Shown here: in pieces, positions 9,838 through 21,125 of the stretch | Numbering within the stretch: position 1 is the first letter of the stretch | Layout of the letters: the number at the start of each line of letters is the position of its first letter | Source: a bacterium | GTDB taxonomy: Bacteria > UBA8248 > JACPRG01 > G963555815 | Direction: 5' to 3' | Assembly (NCBI GenBank): GCA_965261595.1 | Contig: CBDHDG010000006.1 | Span: 1,664,001-1,728,000, forward strand | Length of the DNA: 64,000 nt | The notes under the pieces: model-generated | Database searches by the model: none | What the model was told of the DNA's origin: nothing | The model's input: the letters and a program-made list of their open reading frames with translations, nothing else | Position numbers and translations under genes: made by a program

Positions 9838-10830
9838 ATGAGCCAGATTCGATTCCTCTCCGGCCGGGAGGTTGAAGAGCTCTTGAGGTGGGAGGAGACG
9901 ATCCCCATCCAGGGGGAGGCGTTCGCGCTTTTGTCCTCGAACCGGATCGACATGCCCGTCAAGACGCTTTTGCTCACAGAGCGGCCGAAGGCCCACATGC
10001 TTTTCATGCCGGCCGTTCTGGAGAATGCGGGAGGGTTCGGGATGAAGTTCACGGGCCGCTTTCCGGAAAACTTGAAAAAGGGCCTCCCCGCCCGGATGTC
10101 GGCGCTTCTCCTGATGGACGGGGAGACCGGTCAGCCGAGGGCATTGTTGGAAGGGGCGTATCTGACGGACCATCGGACCGGGGCTTGCGCCGGTTTGTCC
10201 ACCCAACTCCTGGCCCGGGAAGATTCCAGCGTCGTGACGGTCTTCGGCGCGGGCGATACGGCGGGGCCTTGCCTGGAGGCGGTGTGCCACGTCCGGGACA
10301 TCGAAAAGGTGTGGGTGGTCGGCCGGTCGGAATTGCGCGCGAAACGATTTGTCGAGGACATGAAGGCCCTGGGGGGGCGAATCCCGCGAGATATCGAGTT
10401 GACGAAGGACAGGAACAGGGCCGTCCGGGAGGCCGACATCGTTGTGGCGGCGACCAACGCAAAGGCGCCGGTCTTCGATGGCCGCGACCTCCGGCCCGGA
10501 ACGCACATCAACTCCGTCGGCAACGTAAACGGACGAGAGCTGGACAGCGAAACGGTCCGCCGGGCCCGCGTCCTGATGGACAGCCGCGAAGGATGCCTTG
10601 CCTATGCCCGGGATATTTATCTCCCGATCAAGGAAGGGGTCGTCGTGGAGGGGCATTTGCGGGAAGAGATCGGACAAGTCGTCCTCGGGGAGCGCCCGGG
10701 ACGTCGGGACCCGGAAGAAATCACCCTGTTCAAGAGCCTGGGAGTCGCCATCCAGGATATCGTCACGGGTTTTCATGTTTTGAAGGAGGCGGAACGGTTG
10801 GACAGGGGAAGCCTCCTGGACTGGGGCTGA
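9838..10830 (+). CDS. Ornithine cyclodeaminase/mu-crystallin family protein
   Basis: LTDHRTGA, FGAG, PGTHINSVG, ITLFKSLGVAIQD. Confidence 0.9.
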   Translation: MSQIRFLSGREVEELLRWEETIPIQGEAFALLSSNRIDMPVKTLLLTERPKAHMLFMPAVLENAGGFGMKFTGRFPENLKKGLPARMSALLLMDGETGQPRALLEGAYLTDHRTGACAGLSTQLLAREDSSVVTVFGAGDTAGPCLEAVCHVRDIEKVWVVGRSELRAKRFVEDMKALGGRIPRDIELTKDRNRAVREADIVVAATNAKAPVFDGRDLRPGTHINSVGNVNGRELDSETVRRARVLMDSREGCLAYARDIYLPIKEGVVVEGHLREEIGQVVLGERPGRRDPEEITLFKSLGVAIQDIVTGFHVLKEAERLDRGSLLDWG

Positions 10831-11191
10831 AAGCCGCCGCCGGAAGGAATACCCGCCCCGGAAGAGCGGACATCGGAAGCGCCGTCCGCGATGTCCGCCG
10901 CGATAGTCGGCCTCTTTTCATGTTTCCCCCTTCGGCATATTCTCTCCCGTCCTTCCTTGAATCCGGTTGCGGACCTCTTGGGCCTTGGGCTAACATTGAC
11001 CCAGTTGATCTTCTTTTCCTGAGAATGACCGTTCGGAGTCTCGGTGGCCGGCTGGGCGGGACGTGCGGTGCGTCCGCGTCCGGCGGGGTTGCGCGAATGG
11101 CGGCGGTGGCGCCAGGGGAAATCCCAGGTTTCGAAGGCGCACTTCAAGACCCCGGGCCTGTTGTCCGGCTCACACTGGAATGGACGGCACG

Positions 11192-12358
11192 ATGACACTG
11201 GAACGCGCGAACAGACTGAAACGGCTTCCGCCCTACCTTTTCGCCGAGCTGGATCGGATGAAGACCGAGGCCGGGAAGACAGGGTTGGATATCATCAGCT
11301 TCGGGATCGGGGACCCCGATCTGCCCACCCCCCCCCACATCATCGAGGCGCTGGAAGCGGGGGGCAGGAACCCGGCGAACCACCAGTATCCTTCTTATGA
11401 AGGGATGCCGTCGTTCCGTCAGGCGGTGGCGGACTGGTACAAGGGGCGCTTCGACGTGGACCTGGACCCGGAGCGTGAAGTCCTATCCCTCATCGGGTCG
11501 AAGGAAGGCCTCGCCCACATCTCGTTGGCGTTCATCAATCCGGGCGATGTCGCGGTGATTCCGGACCCCGCCTATCCGGTGTACGAGGCCGGGGCCGTTT
11601 TCGCGGGCGGCGAAGTGGTCGCGATGCCGCTCCTCCCGGAGAATGATTTCCTGCCGGATCTGGAAGACCTCAAGCGCGGCGTCCTGAAAAGGACCCGGCT
11701 GCTGTTTCTGAACTATCCCAACAACCCCACGGCCGCTGTGGCGACCGAAGGCTTTTTCGCCCAGGCCGTGGAGTTCGCCCGCGAGCACGATGTCGTCCTG
11801 GTCTACGACGCGGCCTACTCGGAGATGTATTTCGACGGCGTGAAGACGCCCAGCATCCTGCAGACCCCCGGCGCCAAGGACGTGGCCGTGGAGTTTCACA
11901 GCGTCTCGAAGACGTACAACATGACGGGATGGCGGATCGGGTTCGTCGTGGGCAACGCGGACGTTCTCTCCGGTCTCGGCGCGGTGAAGACCAATGTGGA
12001 TTCCGGGGCCTTCCAGGCCGTGCAGGAGGCCGCCGTCGCCGCGTTGGCGGGCGATCAGTCGTGTGTCGATGAGATGCGGTCGGTCTATGAGCGCAGGCGG
12101 GACGTCATGGTCGAGGGGCTGCGCGGATTGGGGCTGGAGCCCAACCAGCCGTCCGCGACTTTCTATGTATGGGTTCCCGTCCCGGAGAAGTACACCTCGA
12201 TGGAGTTCACCGCCCACCTGTTGCGGGAGACCGGCGTGGTTGTGACCCCGGGGAACGGTTTCGGCGAAAACGGCGAGGGTTTCTTCCGCCTGGCCCTGAC
12301 GCAAAGCGAGGAGCGCATCCGGGAAGGGTTGGAGCGAATCCGCAAAGCGGGATTTTGA
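11192..12358 (+). CDS. dapL: LL-diaminopimelate aminotransferase
   Basis: RLKRLPPYLFAE, GIGDPD, LIGSKEG, NYPNNPT, EFHSVSKTYNMTGWRIG. Confidence 0.85.
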   Translation: MTLERANRLKRLPPYLFAELDRMKTEAGKTGLDIISFGIGDPDLPTPPHIIEALEAGGRNPANHQYPSYEGMPSFRQAVADWYKGRFDVDLDPEREVLSLIGSKEGLAHISLAFINPGDVAVIPDPAYPVYEAGAVFAGGEVVAMPLLPENDFLPDLEDLKRGVLKRTRLLFLNYPNNPTAAVATEGFFAQAVEFAREHDVVLVYDAAYSEMYFDGVKTPSILQTPGAKDVAVEFHSVSKTYNMTGWRIGFVVGNADVLSGLGAVKTNVDSGAFQAVQEAAVAALAGDQSCVDEMRSVYERRRDVMVEGLRGLGLEPNQPSATFYVWVPVPEKYTSMEFTAHLLRETGVVVTPGNGFGENGEGFFRLALTQSEERIREGLERIRKAGF

Positions 12359-12423
12359 CCGAGGGGTTCCGGCCCGTTCAGAGACCGGGGGGAAGCGGAT
12401 CGGCCCGGCCATCGAGAGAGAAG

Positions 12424-12909
12424 GTGGAGGCGTTCATCGGCGTAGGCTCCAATCTGAATCACCCCAAAGAGCGATGCGCCGAGGCGATGACCCGCGTTGG
12501 AAATGCGGAGGGCGTCCAGGTCATCGGGCGCTCCCGGTGGTATGCGACCGCTCCGGTGGGGCCGGTGGACCAGCAGGATTTCGTCAACGGCGTTCTCCGC
12601 GCGGAGACCCGTCTCGACCCGGCGGACCTGCTTGGGACATTGAAGGCGATTGAGGCCGACATGGGCCGGCGCGATGGTTTGCGGTGGGGACCTCGCGTGA
12701 TCGACCTGGACCTGCTGCTGTTCGGCGACTGGGTGAGCGCGGGGCCGAATTTGACGATTCCCCACCCGGAAATCGGCGAGCGCCGGTTTGTCCTCGCCCC
12801 CCTCTGCGACCTTGCCCCGGACGGGATCCATCCGATCTCGCGGAAGACGTTCCGTCAGATGCTGGAGGACCTGGGGGAAGGACAGCGGGTGGTTCCGATC
12901 CCCGAGTAA
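12424..12909 (+). CDS. folK: 2-amino-4-hydroxy-6-hydroxymethyldihydropteridine diphosphokinase
   Basis: IGVGSN, QDFVNGV, WGPRVIDLDLL, IPHP; start uncertain (GTG 12424). Confidence 0.93.
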   Translation: MEAFIGVGSNLNHPKERCAEAMTRVGNAEGVQVIGRSRWYATAPVGPVDQQDFVNGVLRAETRLDPADLLGTLKAIEADMGRRDGLRWGPRVIDLDLLLFGDWVSAGPNLTIPHPEIGERRFVLAPLCDLAPDGIHPISRKTFRQMLEDLGEGQRVVPIPE

Positions 12910-12923
12910 GGGCCGCGCATTGT

Positions 12924-13556
12924 ATGGATCAGGCGCGCTATATCGCGATCGAAGGCCCCATCGGGGTGGGAAAGACGAGTCTGGCGGAGCGCCTCGCCGA
13001 GGTGATTGGCGCGTCGGTCCTCCGCGAAGTCACCGAAGAGAACCCCTTTCTGGCGAACTTCTACGCCGACGCCGACCGGCACGCCTTTCAGACGCAGCTC
13101 TTTTTCCTCCTTAACCGGTACCGGCAGCAGCTTGATCTGACCCAACTGGATCTGTTTCAGAGCGGCATCGTGAGCGATTACATCTTCGCGAAAGACCGAA
13201 TCTTCGCCTGCGTGAACCTGGATCCGGACGAAATTGTCCTCTATGAGGAGATATACTCCCTGCTGCGGACCCGGATCCCTTCGCCGGATCTCGTGGTTTT
13301 CCTTCAGGCCGGCACGGACGTCCTCATCGATCGCATCCGAAACCGGCGGCGCGATTTCGAGCGGTCCATCAAGCCCGAATACCTGGAGCGCATCAACGAG
13401 GCTTATAATCGCTACTTCTTCCGCTATTCCGAAACCCCTCTCCTGATCGTGAACACCGATGCCATGGATTTCGTTCACCGGGAAGAGGATTTCGACCACT
13501 TGGTCCGAGAGATCGTCAATCTGAAGCAGGGAACCCACATTTACGTGCCCCGTTAG
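12924..13556 (+). CDS. Deoxynucleoside kinase
   Basis: IAIEGPIGVGKTSL P-loop, ENPFL, FQTQLFFL, DYIFAKD. Confidence 0.92.
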   Translation: MDQARYIAIEGPIGVGKTSLAERLAEVIGASVLREVTEENPFLANFYADADRHAFQTQLFFLLNRYRQQLDLTQLDLFQSGIVSDYIFAKDRIFACVNLDPDEIVLYEEIYSLLRTRIPSPDLVVFLQAGTDVLIDRIRNRRRDFERSIKPEYLERINEAYNRYFFRYSETPLLIVNTDAMDFVHREEDFDHLVREIVNLKQGTHIYVPR

Positions 13557-13617
13557 GGAGCCCGGGAGGCCCGGGGGGCCGCGGGGGCCAAGCGGCGCGG
13601 CAGCCTCGGGAGTTGAA

Positions 13618-14457
13618 ATGCAGGTCCTGACCTCGGCGGGCGCCATGAATGAGAAAGCGCGCGGCTTGCGCGCGGAGGGAAAGCGCCTCGGGCTTGTCCC
13701 CACGATGGGGATGTTCCACGAGGGCCACCTGGGTCTCATGCGGCGCGCGCGGAAAGAGAACGACGTCCTTACGATCTCCCTCTTTGTCAACCCGGCCCAA
13801 TTCGGTCCCGGGGAAGACTTCGAATCCTATCCCAGGAATCAGGAGGCGGACCTCCGGAAGGCGGAGGACGAGGGGGTGGATTTGGTGTTCATGCCGGGCG
13901 TCGAGGAAATCTATCCCCCGGGCGACAGGACCTTCATCGAGGTCGAGGGGCTCTCGGACGTTCTCTGCGGAGAGAGGCGGCCCGGACACTTTCTGGGCGT
14001 GACGACGGTCGTGGCCAAGCTCTTCGCCCTCTGTCTTCCCCACCGGGCGTATTTCGGAAAGAAAGACTTCCAGCAGTGGGTCATCATCCGGCGGATGGTT
14101 TCCGACTTGCGGATGGATGTCGAGGTCGTCGGGTGTCCAACCGCGCGGGAGCGAAACGGTCTCGCCCTTTCATCCCGAAATATCTATCTCGATGATGAAG
14201 ATCGAGCGAGCGCGGTCGGCCTGCGGCGCGCCCTGCTGGCCGTCTCGGAAGGCTTTCGAGGGGGGAGCGAGGATGTGCCCGCTTTGGTGGAGGTCGCTTC
14301 AAAAGTCCTGGAAGATCACGGCCTCCGCCGGGATTATCTGGTCATCGTCCATCCTGAGACGCTTGTCGGTTTGGACAGGGTTACGGGTCCGGCCGTGGTC
14401 TTGGGCGCGGTTTGGTGCGGGAAGGCCCGGTTGATCGATAACCTGGAGCTGGACTGA
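13618..14457 (+). CDS. panC: Pantoate--beta-alanine ligase
   Basis: VPTMG.FHEGH, FVNPAQF, RPGHF, FGKKD, LALSSRN, RLIDN. Confidence 0.95.
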   Translation: MQVLTSAGAMNEKARGLRAEGKRLGLVPTMGMFHEGHLGLMRRARKENDVLTISLFVNPAQFGPGEDFESYPRNQEADLRKAEDEGVDLVFMPGVEEIYPPGDRTFIEVEGLSDVLCGERRPGHFLGVTTVVAKLFALCLPHRAYFGKKDFQQWVIIRRMVSDLRMDVEVVGCPTARERNGLALSSRNIYLDDEDRASAVGLRRALLAVSEGFRGGSEDVPALVEVASKVLEDHGLRRDYLVIVHPETLVGLDRVTGPAVVLGAVWCGKARLIDNLELD

Positions 14458-14486
14458 GTCGGAGCGCGTCCGTGACGCCCCCCATT

Positions 14487-14666
14487 GTCATTCCCGCGTA
14501 GGCGGGAATCCATCAGTGTTTCCGATCGGTCCCAATCTTTCCGCCCGCCGGCTGCGCCGAAGGCCCTTCCTCCCCCCTCTTGTATATTTCTCAACTCATT
14601 GATCACGTGGGCGGGATGATGGACCGGCAACTCAGAACTCCGGATTCCCGCGTGCGCGGGATTGAC
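14487..14666. repeat. Inverted pair of GTCATTCCCGCG..GCGGGAATCC REP-type palindromes
   Basis: GTCATTCCCGCGTAGGCGGGAATCCA (14487-14512) and GGATTCCCGCGTGCGCGGGATTGAC (14642-14666). Confidence 0.75.
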
Positions 14667-14690
14667 GGCTCGGGGACAGGCCGCGCGGGA

Positions 14691-14723
14691 ATATTGACAT
14701 GTCGGAATGAATGTAAATATTCT
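14691..14723 (+). promoter_or_regulatory. Sigma70-type promoter with overlapping inverted-repeat operator upstream of the TPR-ExbBD-TonB operon
   Basis: TTGACA (14694) N18 TATTCT (14718); ATATTGACAT-N10-ATGTAAATAT inverted repeat with 1 mismatch. Confidence 0.55.
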
Positions 14724-14881
14724 GATGGTTAAATGCATTTCATCCTTTCCGAAAAAGGGGGGGAGACCGGCGATTGGCTTTCCGCTAAGCGGGACTTGAC
14801 TGAAACCGGACCGCTGTGATGTCGGCGGCCTGGGAGAATCAAGCCGAGACGCGCTGAATTTTCAGGGATATATTGAAGAAT

Positions 14882-17386
14882 ATGAGATTCAAACCCATAT
14901 CGATCGCGGTGTCCATCGTGGTCGCCGTTATGGCGGTTCAAAGGGTTCCGGCCGCGGCGAAGATCGAAGATTACGCCTTCGGCCTTCGCCTCCTGGAAGA
15001 CGGTCACTTGGACGCCGCCATCCTGGCCTTCGAGTCTTATCTGGAGAACAACCCGAAGGGCGCCCGGCGGGCGGAAGCCAGGTTTTTTTTGGCCGAGACC
15101 CGGCATGAGAAAGGGGTCATCGCCGAGGCCCTGAGAGAATACCGGACCTTCCTGGCCGAGAATCCCGAGCACCCCTTCCGGTCCACGGCGCACTTCCGGA
15201 TTGGCAAAATCGAGTTGGGCAACGGCCGTCTCAAGGCTGCGGCCGGCCAGTTCTCCAAAGTCCGCGACGGACCGCTGATCGACCAGGCGTTGTATCACCT
15301 GGGACACATCCAATTTCGTCTTGAGGATTGGGCCGCCGCAATCCGCGCGTTCTCGGACCTGCTCGGCCGATTTCCCTCCAGCCCCTTCAGCGCCGGCGTT
15401 CGGTATGTTCTCGGGATCGCCCACTACAAAGGTGGGCAGGACACCCAGGCCCTGAAAAACCTTCAGGCCTACCTGAAGTCGCCGCGGCCCGGAAAAGTCG
15501 AGTCTTTGTGGGCGCATGCGGTCGCCGGGATGATTCGCAAGCGGCAAGGGAACTGTGATCCCGCGATCCGCCACTTCGAGGTGGTGCTCCAGGCGGATCC
15601 TCGATTTCCCCCCAGGGGCAGCGCCGCCTGGGGGCTGGCCGAATGTCTTTATGAGAAAAAGGATTATCATTCCGCGGAAAAGAAATATGCGGTCTACCTG
15701 GAAACCTATGCCAAATCCCCCCAGATTACGCTGGCCCGGATTCGCGCCGGTCACAGTCACTTCATCGCCGGACGGTATCAGGATGCGCTCGGATATTTTC
15801 GGAAGCTCGCCAAGAAAAATGTCCCGCCCCAATATCGGCAATGGGTCCTGTACTGGACCGCCAGATCCCTGGACCTGTCGGGCGACCCGGACGCCGCTTT
15901 GCGGGGCTACGAAGAGCTCATCCGGTCCTTTCCGGACGGATCGGCGACCTATGACGCCGCGGCCAGGGCGGCGGCCATTCGGTTACGCCGGAAGGAGTAT
16001 GAACGGGCCGTCGAGATCCTCTCCGTGCTGAAGAGCGCCCCGGACGGCCTCCAGGCCGCTTGGGCCGTTCGAATGACGGGGGAGGCGCAGTTTGCGCTCG
16101 GCCGCTTTGGGGAGGCCTACGAGTCTTTTCGGGAGGTCCTCCCCAAGGTTCAGGATAAAGCCATCCGGCGGGAGATGATTCGGAAGCTTGGCCTGTCCGC
16201 GTTCCGGATCAAGAAAGACCGGGCGGCTCTTGAGCACCTCGGCGGCTGGTTGCGGGGGGAGGAGAAAGGCCGCCCGGATCAGAAGCGGGAGCCCTGGCCG
16301 ACCCGCCGGTATGAGGTCCTCAAGGTCTTGGCCGCGGTCCAGACCCGGTTGGGTCTGTTGCGGGAAGTGGCCGATACGTGGACCCGGTTGGAGGCCGAGG
16401 CCGTTCGTGTGGACGAAGGCGGAACGGCCGACGGCCTGACAGAATTTTCCGCGAATCGCGGGTTTGTCCTGTTTCGGTTGAAGGAGTATGCGTCTGCCGA
16501 GCGGGAATTTCGGAATTGGCTGACCCGCTATCCGCGGGACAAGCGGCGTCCGCTAATCCTGCTTCATCTCGGCCTGGCCGAGATCCGGACCGAAAAATTC
16601 GCCGATGCCGTTTCGCACCTGGATGCCTTCCTGAAAGAAAACCCGTCCCACCCCCGCGTCCGCGATGCCTTGTACGCTTCCGCCCTGGGCGCGATGCGCA
16701 TGAAGGATTATGCCTCCTCGGCCCGGCGGCTGGCGAACTGGCTGGCGGGTGCGGGGGAGGGTGGGGACGCCGGGCGGCAGAAGGAGGCTTGGTTTCTGCT
16801 CGCCGCCGCCCGGTTCGAGTTGGCGGAGTGGAAATTGGCGGCGGCCGCCTATCACCGAATCCTGAAGGGCTATCCGAAGGAGAAGCGAAGGGAGGCGATC
16901 CTCCACAAATTGGGAGTGGCCTACGACCGGATGGCCGAAGTGGACGGGTTGGACGCGGTGCTCGGTTGGGTGAGCGTGCATGCGCCGGAATTCAGGAAGG
17001 GGAAGCTTTTTCTTCGGCTGGGAAAGGACCGGCTCCGCCGGCGGCAATGGAAGCGGGCCGCTGCGTATCTCCGGGTGGCCGCACAGTCGGAAGACCCCAT
17101 TGTGAGAGCGGAAGGTCTTTTCCGCCTGGCGAGCGCGAATGTGCAAGGAGGGAACCAGCGGGAAGCGCTTCAGGCCATCGAGAAAATCCCGAGGGCGGTT
17201 GAGGAATCCGCGGATTGGAGGGGGGACGCCGAGTACCTTCGCGGGGTGGTCTATGAGGCCGAGAGACAGTGGGAGAAGGCGGTGAAGGCGTATCGCGTGG
17301 CCGCCCGTCAAACGTCCAGTCCATCCGTCGCCCGTGCGGCCCTGGACCGAATCGGCAGGATAGAGTCCGCCAAATGGAAAAATTGA
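14882..17386 (+). CDS. Large secreted tetratricopeptide-repeat protein
   Basis: Signal peptide followed by many TPR units (A...F...L...P...A...LG). Confidence 0.85.
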   Translation: MRFKPISIAVSIVVAVMAVQRVPAAAKIEDYAFGLRLLEDGHLDAAILAFESYLENNPKGARRAEARFFLAETRHEKGVIAEALREYRTFLAENPEHPFRSTAHFRIGKIELGNGRLKAAAGQFSKVRDGPLIDQALYHLGHIQFRLEDWAAAIRAFSDLLGRFPSSPFSAGVRYVLGIAHYKGGQDTQALKNLQAYLKSPRPGKVESLWAHAVAGMIRKRQGNCDPAIRHFEVVLQADPRFPPRGSAAWGLAECLYEKKDYHSAEKKYAVYLETYAKSPQITLARIRAGHSHFIAGRYQDALGYFRKLAKKNVPPQYRQWVLYWTARSLDLSGDPDAALRGYEELIRSFPDGSATYDAAARAAAIRLRRKEYERAVEILSVLKSAPDGLQAAWAVRMTGEAQFALGRFGEAYESFREVLPKVQDKAIRREMIRKLGLSAFRIKKDRAALEHLGGWLRGEEKGRPDQKREPWPTRRYEVLKVLAAVQTRLGLLREVADTWTRLEAEAVRVDEGGTADGLTEFSANRGFVLFRLKEYASAEREFRNWLTRYPRDKRRPLILLHLGLAEIRTEKFADAVSHLDAFLKENPSHPRVRDALYASALGAMRMKDYASSARRLANWLAGAGEGGDAGRQKEAWFLLAAARFELAEWKLAAAAYHRILKGYPKEKRREAILHKLGVAYDRMAEVDGLDAVLGWVSVHAPEFRKGKLFLRLGKDRLRRRQWKRAAAYLRVAAQSEDPIVRAEGLFRLASANVQGGNQREALQAIEKIPRAVEESADWRGDAEYLRGVVYEAERQWEKAVKAYRVAARQTSSPSVARAALDRIGRIESAKWKN

Positions 17387-20300
17387 CCCCGAGCGTTTTT
17401 GGGGGCCGGCCGTGGGCGGCCCTGTTCACGGTCTCCCTCATCCTGGGGGTGTCTTCGGGAACCGGGTTCTCGCAAGAGGGGAAGATCCAGCTCGATATCC
17501 CCGAGGTCGTCGTTATCGGTCTGGGCGTCCCGCTGATACGCACCCGGCAGCTCATCCGCCCCGTGCCGCGCAACCTCACACCCCGCGGCGTGGCCGTTTC
17601 GCCCGATGCCGGGGAGATGCGGCGTCCGATGGGGCCGATCTCATTTGATCCCGGTCCGGCGTTTGTCCCGCGCCTCGCGCGTCCGGCTGATTGTTACGGA
17701 AACTCATTTTCGAGCGGGTTGCTCATCGAGCGTGAGGGAGCGCCGGCCCGCTTTCGGATCGGCTATCTGGCATTCCTGGAGAACCGGCTTCCCCGGGCGG
17801 AGGAACACTTTCGGGCCGGTCTCAAGGAGAACCCCGATCCCTTCTCGGTCTCCTTTCTCGGGTACTGGCTTGGCGAGGTGCTTCTTCGCCGCGGACAGCG
17901 GGCGGAGGCCCGGCGGGCGTGGGAGCGGGTCGCGGGCGATCCCGCGGGGTTCTACGCGGGAGCGGCCGCCTACCGCTCGGATTGATGGCCTACCGCCGGG
18001 GGGAGGACCGGGAGGCCCGGGCCTGGATGGAGCGGGTGCTCGAGCGCTTTCCGGGACATCCCCAGGCGGTAGTGGCCGATTTCATCGCCGGAGAGATCTC
18101 TTTGCGCCGGGATGACCTTGCCCGCGCCGCTTGGCATTTCGCCGGCGCGCGGCAAGCCGCCGCGGAGCGGGGACGGGAGCGACTCCTGAAGCTCGCCTTG
18201 TTTCGCGAGGGGATGACAGCGTTCCATCTTGAAAGGTATGAACGCGTAACCGAGTCCCTGGATGCTTATCTCAAAACCCCCGGCGCATTGGCCCATGCGC
18301 GTTCGGCCCGCTTCGCCCTCGGCTGGTCCTACCTTCAGGTCCGCCTTTATCTGAAGGCGCGGGACGCCTTTCTGAAATCCCTGCGGGCCGATTCGGATGA
18401 GACAGGAGAGGTCTCGCTCGGCTGGCTGTTGAGCGCGCTCGCACTGGGTCGGGAGGACGAGGTCCAAGGCGCTTTGCGCCGCCTGAAGGGGATTCGTCCG
18501 GACGGGCGATCCGCTTTGTGGGGTGCGTTGGCCTGGGCGCGCCGGCTCCACCGCTCGGGCCGATTTCAAGCGTCGGTTGAGGTTCTCGAAGAGGCCCTGC
18601 GCGGCCTGAAGGGCGCCGAAGCCGCCGGGAAGGAAGACCTCATCCGCTGGGCCCGGCTTCTGTTGGCCTTTTCCCTCTACAACGCGGGTGGAAAAGATCA
18701 ATCGGCCTCGGAGATTTTCCGGGATTTGTCGGAGGCCCCCGCGGGCGTTGGAGATGTCCTTCGGACCCAAGCGGCGTACGGGCTTCTCCTCGCACGGTTG
18801 GGCGCCGGGGCCCTCAAGGGGGCGGTGAGCGCCGCGGATTCCTTCGAGAAACGGTTTCCAACCGACCCGCGGTTGGCGGAGGCCCGGTTCTGGAGAGGCG
18901 AAGCGCTCTTACGGCTCAAGCGGCCCGCCGATGCGCGGGGGGCGTTCGAGAAAATCCCCCCCCATCACCGTCTGGGTCCGGAAGCCGCGTTGGGACGGGC
19001 CTATGCCTTTTATGACGAAGGACGCTGGCCGGACGCCTTGGCCGCTTTCGGCGAGGCGGCGAAACGGCTTCGGGGGCGTCCCGCGCTTCTGGCCGAGGTC
19101 CGGGTTCGGCAGGCCGAGGCCCACTACAACATGCGCAATTACGGCCGCGCGGGGGAAATGTACCGGAAAACCCTGAAAGAATTTCCGGATGGCCGCATGG
19201 CGAAGACCGCCGCTCTTCGACTTGGGGAGATGCAGTTCCGGCGGGCGAATTACCAAGAGGCGGAGAATACGTTTGCGGAGTATTTGCGTCGGTGGCCCAA
19301 AAGCCCCCGCGGCGATGAGGCCTATTTTTGGAGGGGGTTGACCCGGATCCGGCTGGGGTGGTTTCCCTTGGCTCGTGTATCGCTGTCCCGGCTCGTGCGG
19401 GATTATCCCAAGAGCCGTTACCGGACCATGGCCCTTTTGCAGATCGGGCACTCCTACTACAACCAAGGCGATTTCATGGAGTCCATGGCCGCGTACAACC
19501 GTGTTCTCGCCCAAAATCCCTCCTCGGAGGAGGCGAGGGAAGCCAGATACGGAATCGTGTTGACCCAGTTGCGGTCGGGCGACACGGACAAGTTCATCCG
19601 CGACGCGCGGGCCTTCATCCGGAAGGAGCCGGACCACAAGCTGGTCACGACGATGGAATTCCAGGTGGCCGAGATCTATCTGGCGCAGAAGCGATACAAG
19701 GACGCCCTGGCCGCCTACGTGCGGGTCTTGCGCCGGGGGGGGCCGGATTCCGATGTGGTCCACTTTCGGATCGGCGAGATCAAGCGCCTGGAAGGCAAGC
19801 CGGCGGAGGCGGCGGATTATTTCCGCGATCTGCTGGATCGGTTCCCCGACAGCCGCGTCCGGGGAGACGCCCGGTACCGCCTGGCCGCGTCCCTGGCCGA
19901 GCTCGGCGATTGCGAGGGCGCCGTGCGGGAGTATGGTCTCTTCGTCCGGAACCACCCGAGGCATAGCCTGCTGACGCAGGCGCGCTATGAGGCGGCGAAC
20001 TGCGCCCTGCGCCTGAACGACCAGGACGCCGCGGAACGATATTTTTCACAAGTCGTGCAGAGCGGCGGGGCCGGCGCGCTGGTCGCCGGCAGCCACTACG
20101 CCCTGGGCCGTATCGCGCGGAAGAACCGGCGTTTCGGGCAGGCCCTGTCTCACCTGGAAGCCGCGATGAAGGGCGACGTGGGCCGGGAGCTGCGGCCGCG
20201 CATCCAGTTCGAGCTGGGGAGTCTGCGGGAGGCCGGAAAGCAGTATCCGCGCGCCGTGGTAGAATACCTGAAGATCATTTACTTGTATCCTCGGGAGAAG

Positions 20301-20501
20301 GTTTTTGTCCACCGGGCGCTCTTGCGGGTGGCGCGGATTTATGAGTTGCAGGATAAGAAAGGGCAAGCCATCGACCTCTACCGGAAGGTTCTGAAGGGTT
20401 CGCCCGATCCGTCCGTTCGCCGGCGCGCGCGTGCGCGTCTGGAGTTGCTGAAGGGGGTGTCTGAAGAAATGCGGTCCCAACCCGCGGAGAAGGTCCGATG
20501 A
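17374..20501 (+). CDS. Large secreted TPR protein, single gene split by a 1-nt deletion near 17977
   Basis: ORF from ATG 17374 (signal peptide, TPR) continues into ORF 17919-20501 if TACCGC[C]TCGGATTG is restored (YRLGLMAY). Confidence 0.75.
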
Positions 20502-21097
20502 TTGAGTTCCTTTTACGGGGCGGCGTTCTGATGGCCCCCATCCTCTTTTGCTCGGTGTTGGCCTTGGGCATTGTCATCGAGCGCATGTTCAACCTGAGGG
20601 TGAAGCGGGTGATCCGGACCGCGGAGCTGGAGGAAGTGGAGTCCATGATCCGGGCGAAGCGGATCTCCGAGGCCAACATGATCCTTCGCCGCTCCACCTC
20701 GGCGATTTCCCGAATCCTGCTGGCGGCCATCCTCAATCACGACAAAGAACGGACGGAGATCAAGGAGTTGATTGAAGACGCGGGCCGACAGGAAATCCCG
20801 ACGCTGGAGCGTTACCTGGGCATCCTTGGGTCGATTGCGGGGATCACCCCCCTGCTGGGGTTGCTGGGAACGGTGGCGGGCATGATCCGGGTGTTCGATG
20901 TCATCTCGAAGGCGGGCGTCGGCCAGCCCAACGCCCTGGCGGGCGGGATTTCCGAAGCCCTCATCACCACGGCCGCCGGACTCACCGTCGCCATCCCGGC
21001 TTTGGTTTTCCATGGTTACTTCGTGAGCAAGGTGGACGGTCTGGTTCTGGAAATGGAGAAGCACTCCCTTCGGCTCCTGGACATCCTGAAACGATAG
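20498..21097 (+). CDS. exbB: MotA/TolQ/ExbB proton channel
   Basis: PLLGLLGTV.GMI, GISEALITTAAGL.VAIP. Confidence 0.9.
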   Translation: MIEFLLRGGVLMAPILFCSVLALGIVIERMFNLRVKRVIRTAELEEVESMIRAKRISEANMILRRSTSAISRILLAAILNHDKERTEIKELIEDAGRQEIPTLERYLGILGSIAGITPLLGLLGTVAGMIRVFDVISKAGVGQPNALAGGISEALITTAAGLTVAIPALVFHGYFVSKVDGLVLEMEKHSLRLLDILKR

Positions 21098-21125
21098 GCG
21101 CCTCCATCCATATTCGGGAACTGAC

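Noticed and set aside
14334..14738. 134-aa ORF containing MDSRLRGND
   Set aside because: Translation artefact of the REP palindromes
14750..14860. Cobalamin riboswitch upstream of the TonB operon
   Set aside because: Only fragmentary resemblance (CCGCTGTGA, AAGCCGAGAC); GCCACTG/GGGAAG core not found; an Rfam scan would settle it
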